A stretch of DNA of 64,000 nt, taken from the NCBI GenBank assembly GCA_025453605.1, contig JALOPZ010000002.1:132631-196630 (forward strand), in the 5' to 3' direction. The DNA is from Candidatus Margulisiibacteriota bacterium. Lineage in GTDB: Bacteria; Margulisbacteria; WOR-1; O2-12-FULL-45-9; XYB2-FULL-48-7. A program made the position numbers and the translations under genes. Numbering within the stretch: position 1 is the stretch's first letter; the number at the start of each line of letters is the position of its first letter. Under the pieces are notes generated by a model. That model searched no databases. It saw only the letters and a list, made by a program, of their open reading frames with translations, and was not told the DNA's origin. Below, one piece after another: positions 53,716 through 64,000 of the stretch.

Positions 53716-54378
53716 ATGGGCCTGATCAAACGAGATCAGCTGCAGGATACGGGCGAGGTCCTGATCGAAAAACCGAATGAAACCGTGACCCACCGCCCGG
53801 CGCCGCGATTGGTGATCGCCGCCGATGATCTTCCCCGGGCGCAGAACGAGGCGGAGCGGATCATCGAACAGGCGCAGCATGAAGCGGCCGCGCTGGGGCA
53901 GGAGGCCAAAGAAGCCGGCCGCCGGGAAGGTTTGGAGGAAGCGGCCGCGCGGGTCGATGAGGCGCTCTCCACTCTCAATCAAGCGGTCAAAGAACGCAAG
54001 CGGATCATCAAGGACGCCGAAGGGGAACTGCTCCGGCTCTCGCTCAAGATCGCCGAACAGATCATCCGCTCCGAGGTCTCGCTCCACCGCGACGTTTCGC
54101 TCAACATCGTTTCCGAAGCGATCAGCCGCGTCTCCGACCGGGAACAGATCATTGTTCGGGTGAACCGCGACGACGCCGAGTACCTCAAGCGCTACAAGGA
54201 CCGTTTGGCCGGAATGATGGACGGCGTTAAAAGTTTTTCGATCATCGAGGACGCCAACATCGAACCGGGCGGCTGCGTGATCGAGACCAACCTCGGTTTT
54301 ATCGACGCCAGGATCGCCACCAAGCTCCGCTCGATCGAAGAAGCCCTGCAAAAAGATTACAGCGAAGAAAACCGGTAA
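53716..54378 (+). CDS. fliH: Flagellar export/assembly protein FliH
   Basis: Coiled-coil N-terminus. C-terminal FliH/YscL domain (LRLSLKIAEQIIRSEV...IIVRVNRDDAEYL). Confidence 0.7.
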   Translation: MGLIKRDQLQDTGEVLIEKPNETVTHRPAPRLVIAADDLPRAQNEAERIIEQAQHEAAALGQEAKEAGRREGLEEAAARVDEALSTLNQAVKERKRIIKDAEGELLRLSLKIAEQIIRSEVSLHRDVSLNIVSEAISRVSDREQIIVRVNRDDAEYLKRYKDRLAGMMDGVKSFSIIEDANIEPGGCVIETNLGFIDARIATKLRSIEEALQKDYSEENR

Positions 54379-54379
54379 C

Positions 54380-55696
54380 ATGGACTACGCCATCGATTTT
54401 GAGAAATACCATAAAGCGGTCGACCGCGCGGAGCTGGTCCGGGTGATCGGCAAGGTCGTGCAGGTGGTCGGTTTGATCATCGAGGCGCAGGTCGGCGGAG
54501 TATCCGTCGGTGATCTCTGTTCGATCCGGCTGGAGAAAGAGGGGCGCGAGCAGTTCGCCGAGGTGGTCGGGTTCAAGGAAAGCCGGGTGCTGCTCATGCC
54601 GCTCGGTTCGACCGCCGGGATCGGTCCGGGCGCCCAGGTTACCGCCGTCGGCCATCCGCTCAAGGTCCGGGTCGGCCCCGACACGCTGGGCCGGGTGCTC
54701 GGCGGCCTGGGTGAACCGATCGACGGCAAGGGGCCGGTCCTGGGTGAGACCGACGCCCCGCTAGATGCCGATCCTCCCGATCCGGTTAAACGGCCGCGGG
54801 TGACCGATGTGATGCGCTGCGGCGTCCGGGCGATCGACGGGATGCTGACGGTCGGCAAGGGGCAGCGGATCGGGATCTTTGCCGGCTCCGGCGTCGGCAA
54901 GTCGACCCTGATGGGGATGATCGCCCGGAACGCGGAAGCGGACGTCAACGTCATCTGCCTGGTCGGTGAGCGCGGCCGCGAAGTGCGCGACTTTATCGAA
55001 GAATCGCTCGGCGAGGAGGGGCTAAAAAAGTCGGTGGTTGTGGTCGCCACCTCGGACCAGCCGCCGTTGATCCGGCTGAAGGCGGCGTTCGTCGCTACCG
55101 CCATCGCCGAATATTTTCGCAACAACCGGAAAAAAGTCATCCTGATGATGGATTCTGTCACCCGATTCGCCATGGCGCAGCGCGACATCGGCCTGGCCGC
55201 CGGCGAGCCGCCGACCACCAAGGGATATACCCCGTCGGTCTTTGCCCTGTTGCCGCGCCTGATGGAACGTTCGGGGACCTCCGAGAGCGCAAGTATCACC
55301 GCTTTTTACACGATCTTAGTTGAGGGGGATGATTTTAACGAGCCGATCGCCGATCACGCCCGCTCGATCCTTGACGGGCACATTGTCCTCTCCCGCGACC
55401 TGGCGGCGCGCAACCATTACCCGGCGATCGACGTCCCGCACAGCGTCAGCCGGATCATGACCAACCTGGTCTCGGACGAGCAAAAAGCGGCGGCCGGCAA
55501 GCTGCGTGAGGTTCTGGCGCGTTACGCGGAGGCGGAAGACCTGATCAATATCGGCGCTTACGTCAAGGGGAGCAACCCGAAGATCGATTACGCTCTCTCC
55601 AAGATCGATCAGGTCAATGAGTTCCTGAAACAGGGGACGTTCGAAAAGATCGAATTCGAAGAAACGGTCGAAAGATTGCTCAGTATCTTTAATTAA
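54380..55696 (+). CDS. fliI: Flagellum-specific ATPase FliI
   Basis: Walker A GSGVGKSTL, Walker B VILMMDSVTRFA, and the F1/T3SS ATPase fold. Confidence 0.9.
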   Translation: MDYAIDFEKYHKAVDRAELVRVIGKVVQVVGLIIEAQVGGVSVGDLCSIRLEKEGREQFAEVVGFKESRVLLMPLGSTAGIGPGAQVTAVGHPLKVRVGPDTLGRVLGGLGEPIDGKGPVLGETDAPLDADPPDPVKRPRVTDVMRCGVRAIDGMLTVGKGQRIGIFAGSGVGKSTLMGMIARNAEADVNVICLVGERGREVRDFIEESLGEEGLKKSVVVVATSDQPPLIRLKAAFVATAIAEYFRNNRKKVILMMDSVTRFAMAQRDIGLAAGEPPTTKGYTPSVFALLPRLMERSGTSESASITAFYTILVEGDDFNEPIADHARSILDGHIVLSRDLAARNHYPAIDVPHSVSRIMTNLVSDEQKAAAGKLREVLARYAEAEDLINIGAYVKGSNPKIDYALSKIDQVNEFLKQGTFEKIEFEETVERLLSIFN

Positions 55697-55701
55697 ATAC
55701 C

Positions 55702-56181
55702 ATGGCCAGAGCACCCAAGCCGGGCAAAAAATTCAAATACGATCTGACCGCGGTCCTCAAGGTCCGCGAGATCCGCGAGAAGAAGGAACAGGAAAAGTTC
55801 GCGGAGAAGAACCGCGAGTACCTGACGGAGAAGCAGCGGGAAGAGGCGATCGCCGCCGAAAAGCGGGGGAAGGAAGAGGAGCTGCGCGGGGTCTTTCGCC
55901 AGGGGCCGATCGCCAATTTCCACAAGGTTTTGCAGCGGCGGGCCCACCTGGACGTGCTCAAAGACGATCTGGCCGAGCAGGTCGATAAGGTGATCGAAGC
56001 GAGCAAGCGGCTGGAAGAGCAGCGAGCCAAACTGGTCGAAGCGGTCAAAGATAAGAAGATCATGGAAAAACACAAAGAAAAGAAGCTGGATGAATACAAT
56101 AAGCTGATGTCAGGGCTGGAAATGAAATTTATGGACGAGATCGCGACCCAGCGGTTTAAGCGCGGGAAAGAGCCTTCGTAA
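55702..56181 (+). CDS. fliJ: Flagellar export chaperone FliJ-like coiled-coil protein
   Basis: Position after fliI. Charged coiled coil with [14 protein letters not shown]... Confidence 0.5.
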   Translation: MARAPKPGKKFKYDLTAVLKVREIREKKEQEKFAEKNREYLTEKQREEAIAAEKRGKEEELRGVFRQGPIANFHKVLQRRAHLDVLKDDLAEQVDKVIEASKRLEEQRAKLVEAVKDKKIMEKHKEKKLDEYNKLMSGLEMKFMDEIATQRFKRGKEPS

Positions 56182-56356
56182 CTTTACCCGCCTTCAGGCA
56201 TTTGGTACAGACGTATTCCTTCAGCTTTTTCCCCTTAACGAGGATCTGCACCTTCTGGAGATTGGGCAGCCAGCGGCGTTTGGTCTTCCGGTTGGAGTGG
56301 GAAACGCTGTTCCCGACCACCGGTTTTTTATCGCAAATAAAGCACTTTCGGCTCAT
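56156..56356 (-). CDS. rpmB: 50S ribosomal protein L28
   Basis: [34 protein letters not shown]. Start trimmed to MSRKC. The 3' end overlaps the fliJ 3' end by 26 nt. Confidence 0.85.
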   Translation of the reverse strand: MSRKCFICDKKPVVGNSVSHSNRKTKRRWLPNLQKVQILVKGKKLKEYVCTKCLKAGKVTKALSRA

Positions 56357-58320
56357 AACCTTACTATGATAGAATATTTTGACTGCGATGTCAATTATCA
56401 AGCTGGAGACCCCCCTCCAGTATCTTAAGGGGGTCGGACCGAGGCTGGCGGCGATCTTTGCCAAGGTCGGCGTCCGGACGATCGAAGATCTTCTCTATTT
56501 TGTTCCCCGCGCTTACGAGGACCGCCGTAATCTCCTGCCGATCGTTAAGGTCCGGCCGAACGAGCTGGTCGTGGTCAAGGGGGATATCCTCAGGGTAGAG
56601 TCGCAGCGGACGCGGAGCCGCTTTTCTGTCCTCAAGGTTTACCTGAGCGACAAGACGGCAACCATTCAGGCGGTCTGGTTCAACCAGCCGTATCTGACCA
56701 AGCTCTTCCGCCGGGGGGTGCGGCTGATCGTCTCCGGCAAGGTCGAGTATTCCCAGTACGACGGGTTGCTGCAGCTGCAGGTCCGCGATTTTGAGATCGA
56801 TACCGGTGAAACCTTGCCGATCGTCCCCAAATATCACCTGACGGAAGGGCTCTACCCGAAGAAACTGCGGGCGGTCATTGCCAGCGCCCTGGCGCTCGGT
56901 CTGCCGCTTTTGACCGACGAAAAAATCCGCGCCGCGCTGCTTGCTCTGCACCAGCCCAAAGAGTTGACCGTGATCGAGCCGGCGCGGCAATATCTCGCTT
57001 ACGAAGAGCTCTTCCTCTTTCAACTCGGCATTCTCCTTAACCGCCAGCGCTACCATGAAGAACTGCAGGGGAAGGTCCTGGCGATCGCGGAGAGCGACCG
57101 GGCCGAATTTCAGGCCAGCCTTTCTTTTAAATATACCGCCGCCCAGCAGCGGGTGCTGGAAGAGATCGTCGTTGACCTGCGCTCCGGCCGCCCGATGAAC
57201 CGGCTGCTGCAGGGGGACGTCGGTTCCGGCAAAACGGTGATCGCCGCGGAGGCCGCTTATCTGACCGTCCGCAACGGTCTGCAGGCGATCGTCCTGGCCC
57301 CGACCGAGATTCTGGCTAACCAGCATTACAAAAAAATGACCGAACTGCTCAAGCCGCTGAAATGCCGCGTCGCGCTGCTGACCGCGGCCACTTCGTCGGA
57401 GGAGCAGCGGGCCAAAGTGTTCAAGGCTGACGTGATCGTCGGCACGCACGCCCTGCTGGAAGAGAACGTCAGGCTGCGCGAGCTGGGGCTGGTGGTGATC
57501 GATGAACAGCACCGCTTTGGCGTCCACCAGCGGGCGGCGCTGATCAAAAAAGGGAGCGCCCCGCATACGCTGGTGATGACGGCGACGCCGATCCCGCGCT
57601 CGCTCGCCCTGACGCTCTACGGCGACCTCGACCGCTCGGTGATCGACGAGCTGCCGCCCGGCCGGACGGCGATCAAAACTTACTACGTGCCGGAGAGCAA
57701 GCGAAGCGGCGCCAACGATTTTATCCGGCACAAGATCAGCGAAGGGCGGCAGGTCTTTGTTGTCTGCCCGCTCGTTGAAGAATCAAGCGAGCTCGACTTA
57801 AAGGCGGCCGAGGGGGAAGCGGAGCGGCTGCAAAAGCAGGTGTTCCCCGAGTTCCAGGTCGGCCTGATCCACGGCCGGCTTAAAAGCGACGAGAAAGAGG
57901 CGATCATGAAAGCCTTTCTCAAGAACAAGCTTCAGCTCCTGGTCTCGACCACGGTGATCGAAGTCGGGATCGATGTTCCCAACGCCACGGTGATGGTGAT
58001 CGAGCACGCCGAACGCTTTGGTCTGGCTCAGCTCCACCAGTTAAGAGGGCGGGTCGGCCGGGGCGGGCACGAGTCGTACTGTTTTTTGATCGGTAACCCG
58101 AAGACCGAGATCGCCAAAGCCCGGATCAAGGCGATGCTGGAGAGTACTGACGGTTTTAAGATTGCCGAAGAGGATCTCCGCCTGCGGGGGCCGGGCGAGA
58201 TGCTGGGGAGCCGCCAGTCCGGGTTGCCAGACTTCCGCGTCGCTGATATAATCAGGGACGAAAAGCTCCTGCAGACGGCGCGGGCCGCTGCCCGGGAACT
58301 GATCGAAAAAGAGCCGGAAA

Positions 58321-59351
<1,031 letters not shown>

Positions 59352-59353
59352 CC

Positions 59354-59770
59354 ATGGAGATACTGGGGATCCTTGATACGCTGGAATCGGTCATCATCGA
59401 CAGTCCGCGGCTGCCGTTCACCAAAAAGCTGGTCGTTGACGAGGACAAGGTGCTGAAGATCATCGACAAGCTGCGGACGGTCATCAGCAGCGGCGGTGAG
59501 TCGCCGCTGGGCCGGGGCGGCCGGCGGCTGAATGCGGCGGAGGAGACGACCGACAGTGCCGACAGCGAACGACGGCCGCAGCCGGAGAACAAAGCGGTCG
59601 AAGTGATCGAACAGGCGTACCAGATGGCGAAAGAGATCCGGGAAGGGGCCGACAAGTACGCCGATGAAGTGCTGGCCAACCTCGAGGCCACATCGGCCCG
59701 GATCTTACGGACGATCAAGGCGGGACGGGAGCGGCTGAGCAAGACCGTGCCGGCCAAGGCGGAAAAATGA
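59354..59770 (+). CDS. Conserved hypothetical protein
   Basis: ORF between coaD and rph with tight spacing. No motif recognised. Confidence 0.4.
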   Translation: MEILGILDTLESVIIDSPRLPFTKKLVVDEDKVLKIIDKLRTVISSGGESPLGRGGRRLNAAEETTDSADSERRPQPENKAVEVIEQAYQMAKEIREGADKYADEVLANLEATSARILRTIKAGRERLSKTVPAKAEK

Positions 59771-60483
59771 AACGGGCCGACAGCCGGACGCCGGCCCAGA
59801 TCAGAAAGACCAGGATCGTCCGGAATTACCTGAAATACCCGCACGGTTCTGTCCTGATCGAAATGGGCGATACCAAGGTGATCTGCACGGCGATCGTTCA
59901 GGAGGAAGTGCCCAGACACAAGCGCGGCTCCGGCTCGGGCTGGGTCACCGCCGAATACGCGATGCTTCCCGGCTCGTCCGCCCAGCGGATCCAGCGCGAA
60001 AAGAACCTGAAAGGGCGGACCGCCGAGATCCAGCGGCTGGTCGGCCGCTCGCTCCGCGCGGTCGTCGACCTGAACAAGCTGGGCGAGCGGACGATCATGC
60101 TCGATGCCGACGTCATCCAGGCCGACGGCGGGACCCGGACCGCCTCGATCACCGGCGCTTTTGTCGCCCTCTGCGACGCGGTCAACTGGCTCCGGGCGGA
60201 GGGGAAGATCGACGCCAACCCGATCAGGGAATACCTGGCGGCGGTCAGTGTTGGGGTGGTCAACGGCACGCCGGTCGTCGATCTACCATACGAGGAAGAC
60301 TCGCGGGCTGAAGTCGACATGAACGTGGTGATGACCGAGTCCGGCAAGCTGGTCGAAGTGCAGGGGACAGCCGAGGGCGAGCCTTTTTCACGTAAGACCC
60401 TCGACCAGTTGATCGAGCTGGCAAGCAAGGGGATCGAGCAGCTGATCGCGATCCAGAAGAAAGTGTTAAGAATTAAGGAGTAA
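59767..60483 (+). CDS. rph: Ribonuclease PH
   Basis: [15 protein letters not shown]...[16 protein letters not shown]. 238 aa. Confidence 0.9.
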   Translation: MKRADSRTPAQIRKTRIVRNYLKYPHGSVLIEMGDTKVICTAIVQEEVPRHKRGSGSGWVTAEYAMLPGSSAQRIQREKNLKGRTAEIQRLVGRSLRAVVDLNKLGERTIMLDADVIQADGGTRTASITGAFVALCDAVNWLRAEGKIDANPIREYLAAVSVGVVNGTPVVDLPYEEDSRAEVDMNVVMTESGKLVEVQGTAEGEPFSRKTLDQLIELASKGIEQLIAIQKKVLRIKE

Positions 60484-60492
60484 GGGATAAGT

Positions 60493-61212
60493 ATGAAAGG
60501 AATTATTCTAGCCGGGGGGACGGGTTCGCGGCTTTATCCGCTGACCAAGGTGACGAATAAGCATCTGTTGCCGGTCGGCCGTAAACCGATGATCTATCAC
60601 CCGATCGGCAAGCTGACCGAGGCGGGGATCGAGGAGATACTAATCGTCACCGGGGTGGAACACATGGGCGATATCGTCACTCTGCTCGGGAGCGGCAAGG
60701 AGTTCAAATGCCGCTTTACCTACAAGGTCCAGGACGAAGCGGGGGGGATCGCTCAGGCGCTCGGTCTGGCGGAAAATTTCGTCGGCCAGGACAAAATGGT
60801 TATTATTCTGGGAGACAATATCTTTCAGGACAAGCTGACCCCGTTCGTTAAAAAATTCGACCAGCAGGCTAAAGGGGCCAAGGTGCTGGTCAAAGAAGTG
60901 AGTGACCCGCAGCGTTTTGGCGTGATCGAAATGCAGGGTGACAAAGTTATCTCCATCGAAGAGAAACCGAAACGGCCCAAGAGCGATCTGGCCGTGACCG
61001 GGGTTTATTTCTACGATCACGAGGTCTTCAAGATCGTCCGGAACCTGCGGCCGTCCGGCCGCGGAGAGCTGGAGATCACCGATGTCAACAACGCGTATCT
61101 GAAGCGCGGCGAGCTTACCTACGATATCCTGAGCGGCTGGTGGAGCGATGCCGGGACGTTTGAGTCGCTGGAAAAGGCGACCTTGCTGGCGGAGGGTCGG
61201 ATCAAACTATGA
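60493..61212 (+). CDS. rfbA: Glucose-1-phosphate thymidylyltransferase-like sugar nucleotidyltransferase (short form)
   Basis: MKGIILAGGTGSRLYPLTKVTNKHLLPVGRKPMIYHPI. Confidence 0.7.
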   Translation: MKGIILAGGTGSRLYPLTKVTNKHLLPVGRKPMIYHPIGKLTEAGIEEILIVTGVEHMGDIVTLLGSGKEFKCRFTYKVQDEAGGIAQALGLAENFVGQDKMVIILGDNIFQDKLTPFVKKFDQQAKGAKVLVKEVSDPQRFGVIEMQGDKVISIEEKPKRPKSDLAVTGVYFYDHEVFKIVRNLRPSGRGELEITDVNNAYLKRGELTYDILSGWWSDAGTFESLEKATLLAEGRIKL

Positions 61213-62219
61213 AGGTGATGGTGACCGGCGGCGCCGGTTTTATCGGCAGCAATTTTATCCGCCACATCCTCAAGGCTCATCCGGATTGGGAAGTGATCAA
61301 TTTCGATAAATTGACCTATGCCGGTAATCTGGAGAATCTGGCCGATCTGGCCAATGATCCGCGGTATTCCTTCGTGCAGGGGGATATTTGCGACCAACAG
61401 GCGGTCGAGGAAGCGATCGCCCGCGTCGGTTGCGGCGGGCTGGTCGTTAATTTCGCGGCCGAAACCCACGTGGACCGCTCGATCGTCTCCGCCGGCTCAT
61501 TCGTCCAGACCGATGTTTTTGGCACCTACAATCTGCTGGAAGCGGTCAAGAAATTCAATGTGGCACGCTACCTGCATATCTCGACCGACGAGGTCTACGG
61601 CAGCCGCGAGACCGGCTCGTTTACCGAAGAGTCCAACCTGGAGCCGAACTCACCGTACGCGGCCTCTAAAGCGGGGGGAGACCTGGTCGTCCGCTCTTAT
61701 TTCCAGACCTTTAAGCTGCCGGTGATCATTACCCGCTCGTCCAACAACTACGGTCCTTATCAGTATCCGGAAAAAGTGATGCCGTTATTCATCACCAACC
61801 TCCTCCAGGGAGAGAAAGTGCCGCTTTACGGCGACGGCAAGAACGTCCGTGATTGGCTGTACGTCGTTGATAACTGTGAAGCGCTCGACCTCGTGCTGCA
61901 AAAGGGGGAGGTTGGCGAAATTTACAATGTCGGCGGCGGCAACGAGCGCGAAAACATCGTGGTCACCAGGCAGATCCTCCTAGAGTTGGGGCTGGGCGAA
62001 GAGATGATCCAGCCGGTTAAGGATCGCCCCGGCCACGATCGCCGCTACTCGATCGACTGTGCCAAGGTGGCGAAACTCGGCTGGCGGCCGCGCACCAGGT
62101 TTGAGGATGGTTTAAAACAGACCGTGGCTTGGTACAAGAACAACCGCGACTGGTGGCTGAAGATCAAGGAGAAGTCGGCCGACTTCAAAAAGTTCTACGC
62201 CGACTGGTATAAAAGGTGA
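61209..62219 (+). CDS. rfbB: dTDP-glucose 4,6-dehydratase
   Basis: GGAGFIGSNF, YAASKAGGD (YxxxK), SDR extended family. ATGA overlap with rfbA. Confidence 0.85.
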   Translation: MKVMVTGGAGFIGSNFIRHILKAHPDWEVINFDKLTYAGNLENLADLANDPRYSFVQGDICDQQAVEEAIARVGCGGLVVNFAAETHVDRSIVSAGSFVQTDVFGTYNLLEAVKKFNVARYLHISTDEVYGSRETGSFTEESNLEPNSPYAASKAGGDLVVRSYFQTFKLPVIITRSSNNYGPYQYPEKVMPLFITNLLQGEKVPLYGDGKNVRDWLYVVDNCEALDLVLQKGEVGEIYNVGGGNERENIVVTRQILLELGLGEEMIQPVKDRPGHDRRYSIDCAKVAKLGWRPRTRFEDGLKQTVAWYKNNRDWWLKIKEKSADFKKFYADWYKR

Positions 62220-62239
62220 TGGCGACCTAAAGGTCGCCG

Positions 62240-63235
62240 CTACTGAGCCTGAACGGCCGTTATGGCCGTGATATTGACGATGTCGTCGACGCTGCAGCCC
62301 CGGGAGAGATCGTTGACCGCCTTGGCTTCCCCCTGTAATAAAGGACCGAACGCCTGCGCTCTGGCCAGCCGTTCGGTGATCTTGTAACCGATATTGCCGG
62401 CGTCGAGGTCAGGGAAGATCAGGATATTGGCTTGACCGGCGACCAGGCTTCCCGGTGCCTTGCGCTGGCCGATCGCCGGGATCAGCGCGGCGTCAAACTG
62501 CAGTTCGCCGTCGATCAGCAGTTCCGGCCGTTTGCTCTTGGCCAGTTTGGTGGCGGCGATGACCTTGTCCACGTCCGGATGGACAGCTGAGGTCTTGGTG
62601 GAGAAAGAGAGCATGGCGAGGCGCGGCTCGCTCCCCATCAGCTTGATGTACGACTCGGCGGTTTGCACGGCGATATCGGCCAGCTGTTCCGCGGTCGGGT
62701 TGGGGACAACGCCGCAGTCGGCGTAGAAGAGCACCCCGTCGTCGCCGAACTGCTTATCCCTGAGGACCATGACGAAAAAGCTGGAGATGATCGACTGGCC
62801 CGGCGCCTTGCCGATGCAGTCGATCGTCGCCCGCAGCGTATCGGCGGTGAAATGGGTCGCGCCGCTGACCATCCCGTCGGCCTCGCCCCGTTCGACCAGC
62901 ATGGCGCCGAAGTAGGGGTAGTCGCGGGTCAACAGGTGGCGGGCTTTCTCGATCGTCATCCCTTTGGCGGCGCGTTTCTCTTTGAGCAGTTGAACGTACT
63001 TGTCCAGGTTCGGGTGTTTGAGCGGATCGATGATCTGGCAGCCGGAGAGGTCGACATCGCCGGCTCCGGCGACCGCCTTCATTGCCGTTTCTGCGCCGAT
63101 CAGGACGACCCGGGCCAGCTTGGACTGGGTGATCAGTTCCGCGGCTTTCAGGACGCGGGCGTCTTCGGTCTCGGGGAGGACGATCGTTTTGCTGAGTTTC
63201 TTGGCCTTGGTCCAGGTTTCTTGTATAAAATCCAC
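62240..63235 (-). CDS. pta: Phosphate acetyltransferase (short form)
   Basis: The C-terminal region ...LSFSTKTS...VAGQANILIFPDLDAGNIGYKI is the Pta/PtaB signature. Confidence 0.8.
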   Translation of the reverse strand: MDFIQETWTKAKKLSKTIVLPETEDARVLKAAELITQSKLARVVLIGAETAMKAVAGAGDVDLSGCQIIDPLKHPNLDKYVQLLKEKRAAKGMTIEKARHLLTRDYPYFGAMLVERGEADGMVSGATHFTADTLRATIDCIGKAPGQSIISSFFVMVLRDKQFGDDGVLFYADCGVVPNPTAEQLADIAVQTAESYIKLMGSEPRLAMLSFSTKTSAVHPDVDKVIAATKLAKSKRPELLIDGELQFDAALIPAIGQRKAPGSLVAGQANILIFPDLDAGNIGYKITERLARAQAFGPLLQGEAKAVNDLSRGCSVDDIVNITAITAVQAQ

Positions 63236-63303
63236 TTTAATGTAACCCTCTCTCTAAATTATTTCCCTCGGGCTCATCTCTCTAATGGGAAAACGGAATT
63301 GAA

Positions 63304-64000
63304 TTATTTTACCACAAGCTCGTAGCGGCGGCTACCGAGCCCGAGCGATTCGGCGTAGGCGAGCTGAGCGCTCCAGTCAACCTCGGGGTAAAGAGCGCGG
63401 AAGATATCTTTGCCGGCCGCCCGGTTAACCAGGTCAGCCGCCGCCTGGTCGCTGGCGACCGGATCGGTCGTGACCAGGACACCGAGGTCGGGGACGATCG
63501 GCGGGTCGTTATGCGGATAACAGTCACAGGCCGGGGAGACAGCAGTGATAAAGGTGACATAGCCGGCCCTTTTTCCTTTGACCGCGCCGTCAGCGTATTC
63601 CACGATCCGCTCCTGGACCGAAGCGGACGACCCGAACCAACAGGCTTCCAGGGTCTGGTTGCGCCGGCAGGTTTTGCTCTCCGGGCAGCGCGGGCAGTCC
63701 TGATGCATTTTTAGTTTGCCCAAACGGGTGCCGCAGCCCATGCCGAGATTTTTGAGTGTCCCCCCGAAACCGGTCACCTCGTGCCCCTTGAAGTGGGTCA
63801 GGGCGATCAGCGTTCCGGTCCGGGCGATCGGGCCGCCCAGGTAGACTTGCCGGAAATGTTTCCTCTTGATCTCGACCGCGACCTGATCGCTCTCTTCCGG
63901 GATAACGGCATCGGCGCCGGCCCGCTCCAAAAAGTACCCGTGGTCGCGGGCGACATCAAGGTGGGTGCTGGTCTGCTGGCGCGGTCCGCGGTAGAGGGTA
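63304..64000 (-). CDS. DUF362-domain Fe-S protein; the N-terminus lies beyond the window end
   Basis: LTHFKGHEVTGFGGTLKNLGMGC matches the DUF362 THxxxGxxGxxKNLxG motif. Cys-rich C-terminus. Confidence 0.5.
   Translation of the reverse strand, partial: TLYRGPRQQTSTHLDVARDHGYFLERAGADAVIPEESDQVAVEIKRKHFRQVYLGGPIARTGTLIALTHFKGHEVTGFGGTLKNLGMGCGTRLGKLKMHQDCPRCPESKTCRRNQTLEACWFGSSASVQERIVEYADGAVKGKRAGYVTFITAVSPACDCYPHNDPPIVPDLGVLVTTDPVASDQAAADLVNRAAGKDIFRALYPEVDWSAQLAYAESLGLGSRRYELVVK

Noticed and set aside
53716-54378. Possibility that the FliG middle and C domains are encoded in another frame overlapping fliH (for example the 53825..54163 ORF).
   Set aside because: The alternative-frame ORF is Arg/Ser-rich shadow sequence without FliG motifs. 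The fliH frame has a clear FliH/YscL signature throughout.

Overview
This 64-kb window comes from a high-GC (about 60-65% by eye) diderm bacterium. It is mostly core and envelope genes with several accessory insertions. There are no CRISPR arrays, rRNA genes or classical IS/transposase genes.

Gene content, left to right:
- The 3' end of a group-4 energy-converting [NiFe]-hydrogenase operon (large-subunit C-terminus, NuoH-like membrane subunit, NuoI-like ferredoxin, HycI-type maturation protease).
- A block of secreted and membrane proteins, including a 941-aa protein with an L,D-transpeptidase motif, a DEAD-box helicase and an S9 hydrolase.
- ArfB, followed by an FtsX-type lipoprotein-release-like ABC locus (two permease paralogs, an ATPase, a LolA-like protein and a putative OM protein).
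- An otsA-otsB-unknown-treT trehalose cluster.
- An envelope-stress-like efflux locus: ECF sigma/anti-sigma, a Spy/CpxP-like protein, TolC, MacA and MacB.
- An M13 peptidase with an upstream lipoprotein, a JAMM protease, a glucosaminidase-domain protein, and the H+-pyrophosphatase hppA.
- Three tRNAs (Arg, Ser, Ser), pyrR, and a UvrD-like helicase fused to a RecB-like nuclease.
- rmuC and csaA, then an 11-kb flagellar cluster: flgF, flgG, flgA, flgH, flgI, flgJ N-domain, fliA, flgB, flgC, fliE, fliF, a truncated fliG, fliH, fliI, fliJ.
- rpmB, recG, rsmD, coaD, rph, rfbA, rfbB, pta and a partial DUF362 gene.

Most anomalous region: 15.54-17.27 kb, a visibly low-GC three-gene island. It encodes a small nuclease-like protein, a small 2-3-TM membrane protein and a DUF559 endonuclease. 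The island is inserted exactly between the two paralogous FtsX permease genes. It is punctuated by a family of GC-rich palindromic repeats that supply the RBS/start context and terminator-like hairpins for each gene. This is a candidate undescribed toxin/defence-like module.

Other notable items:
- A ~100-bp inverted coding repeat shared by macA and a convergent lipoprotein gene.
- A FliG reduced to its N-terminal FliF-binding domain within an otherwise intact rod/ring/export flagellar cluster.
- Two independent trehalose routes encoded side by side.
- A structured AT-rich 530-bp intergenic region upstream of rmuC.
- A tRNA-Arg read with an unusual GCG anticodon, next to a tRNA-5'-end-like hairpin.
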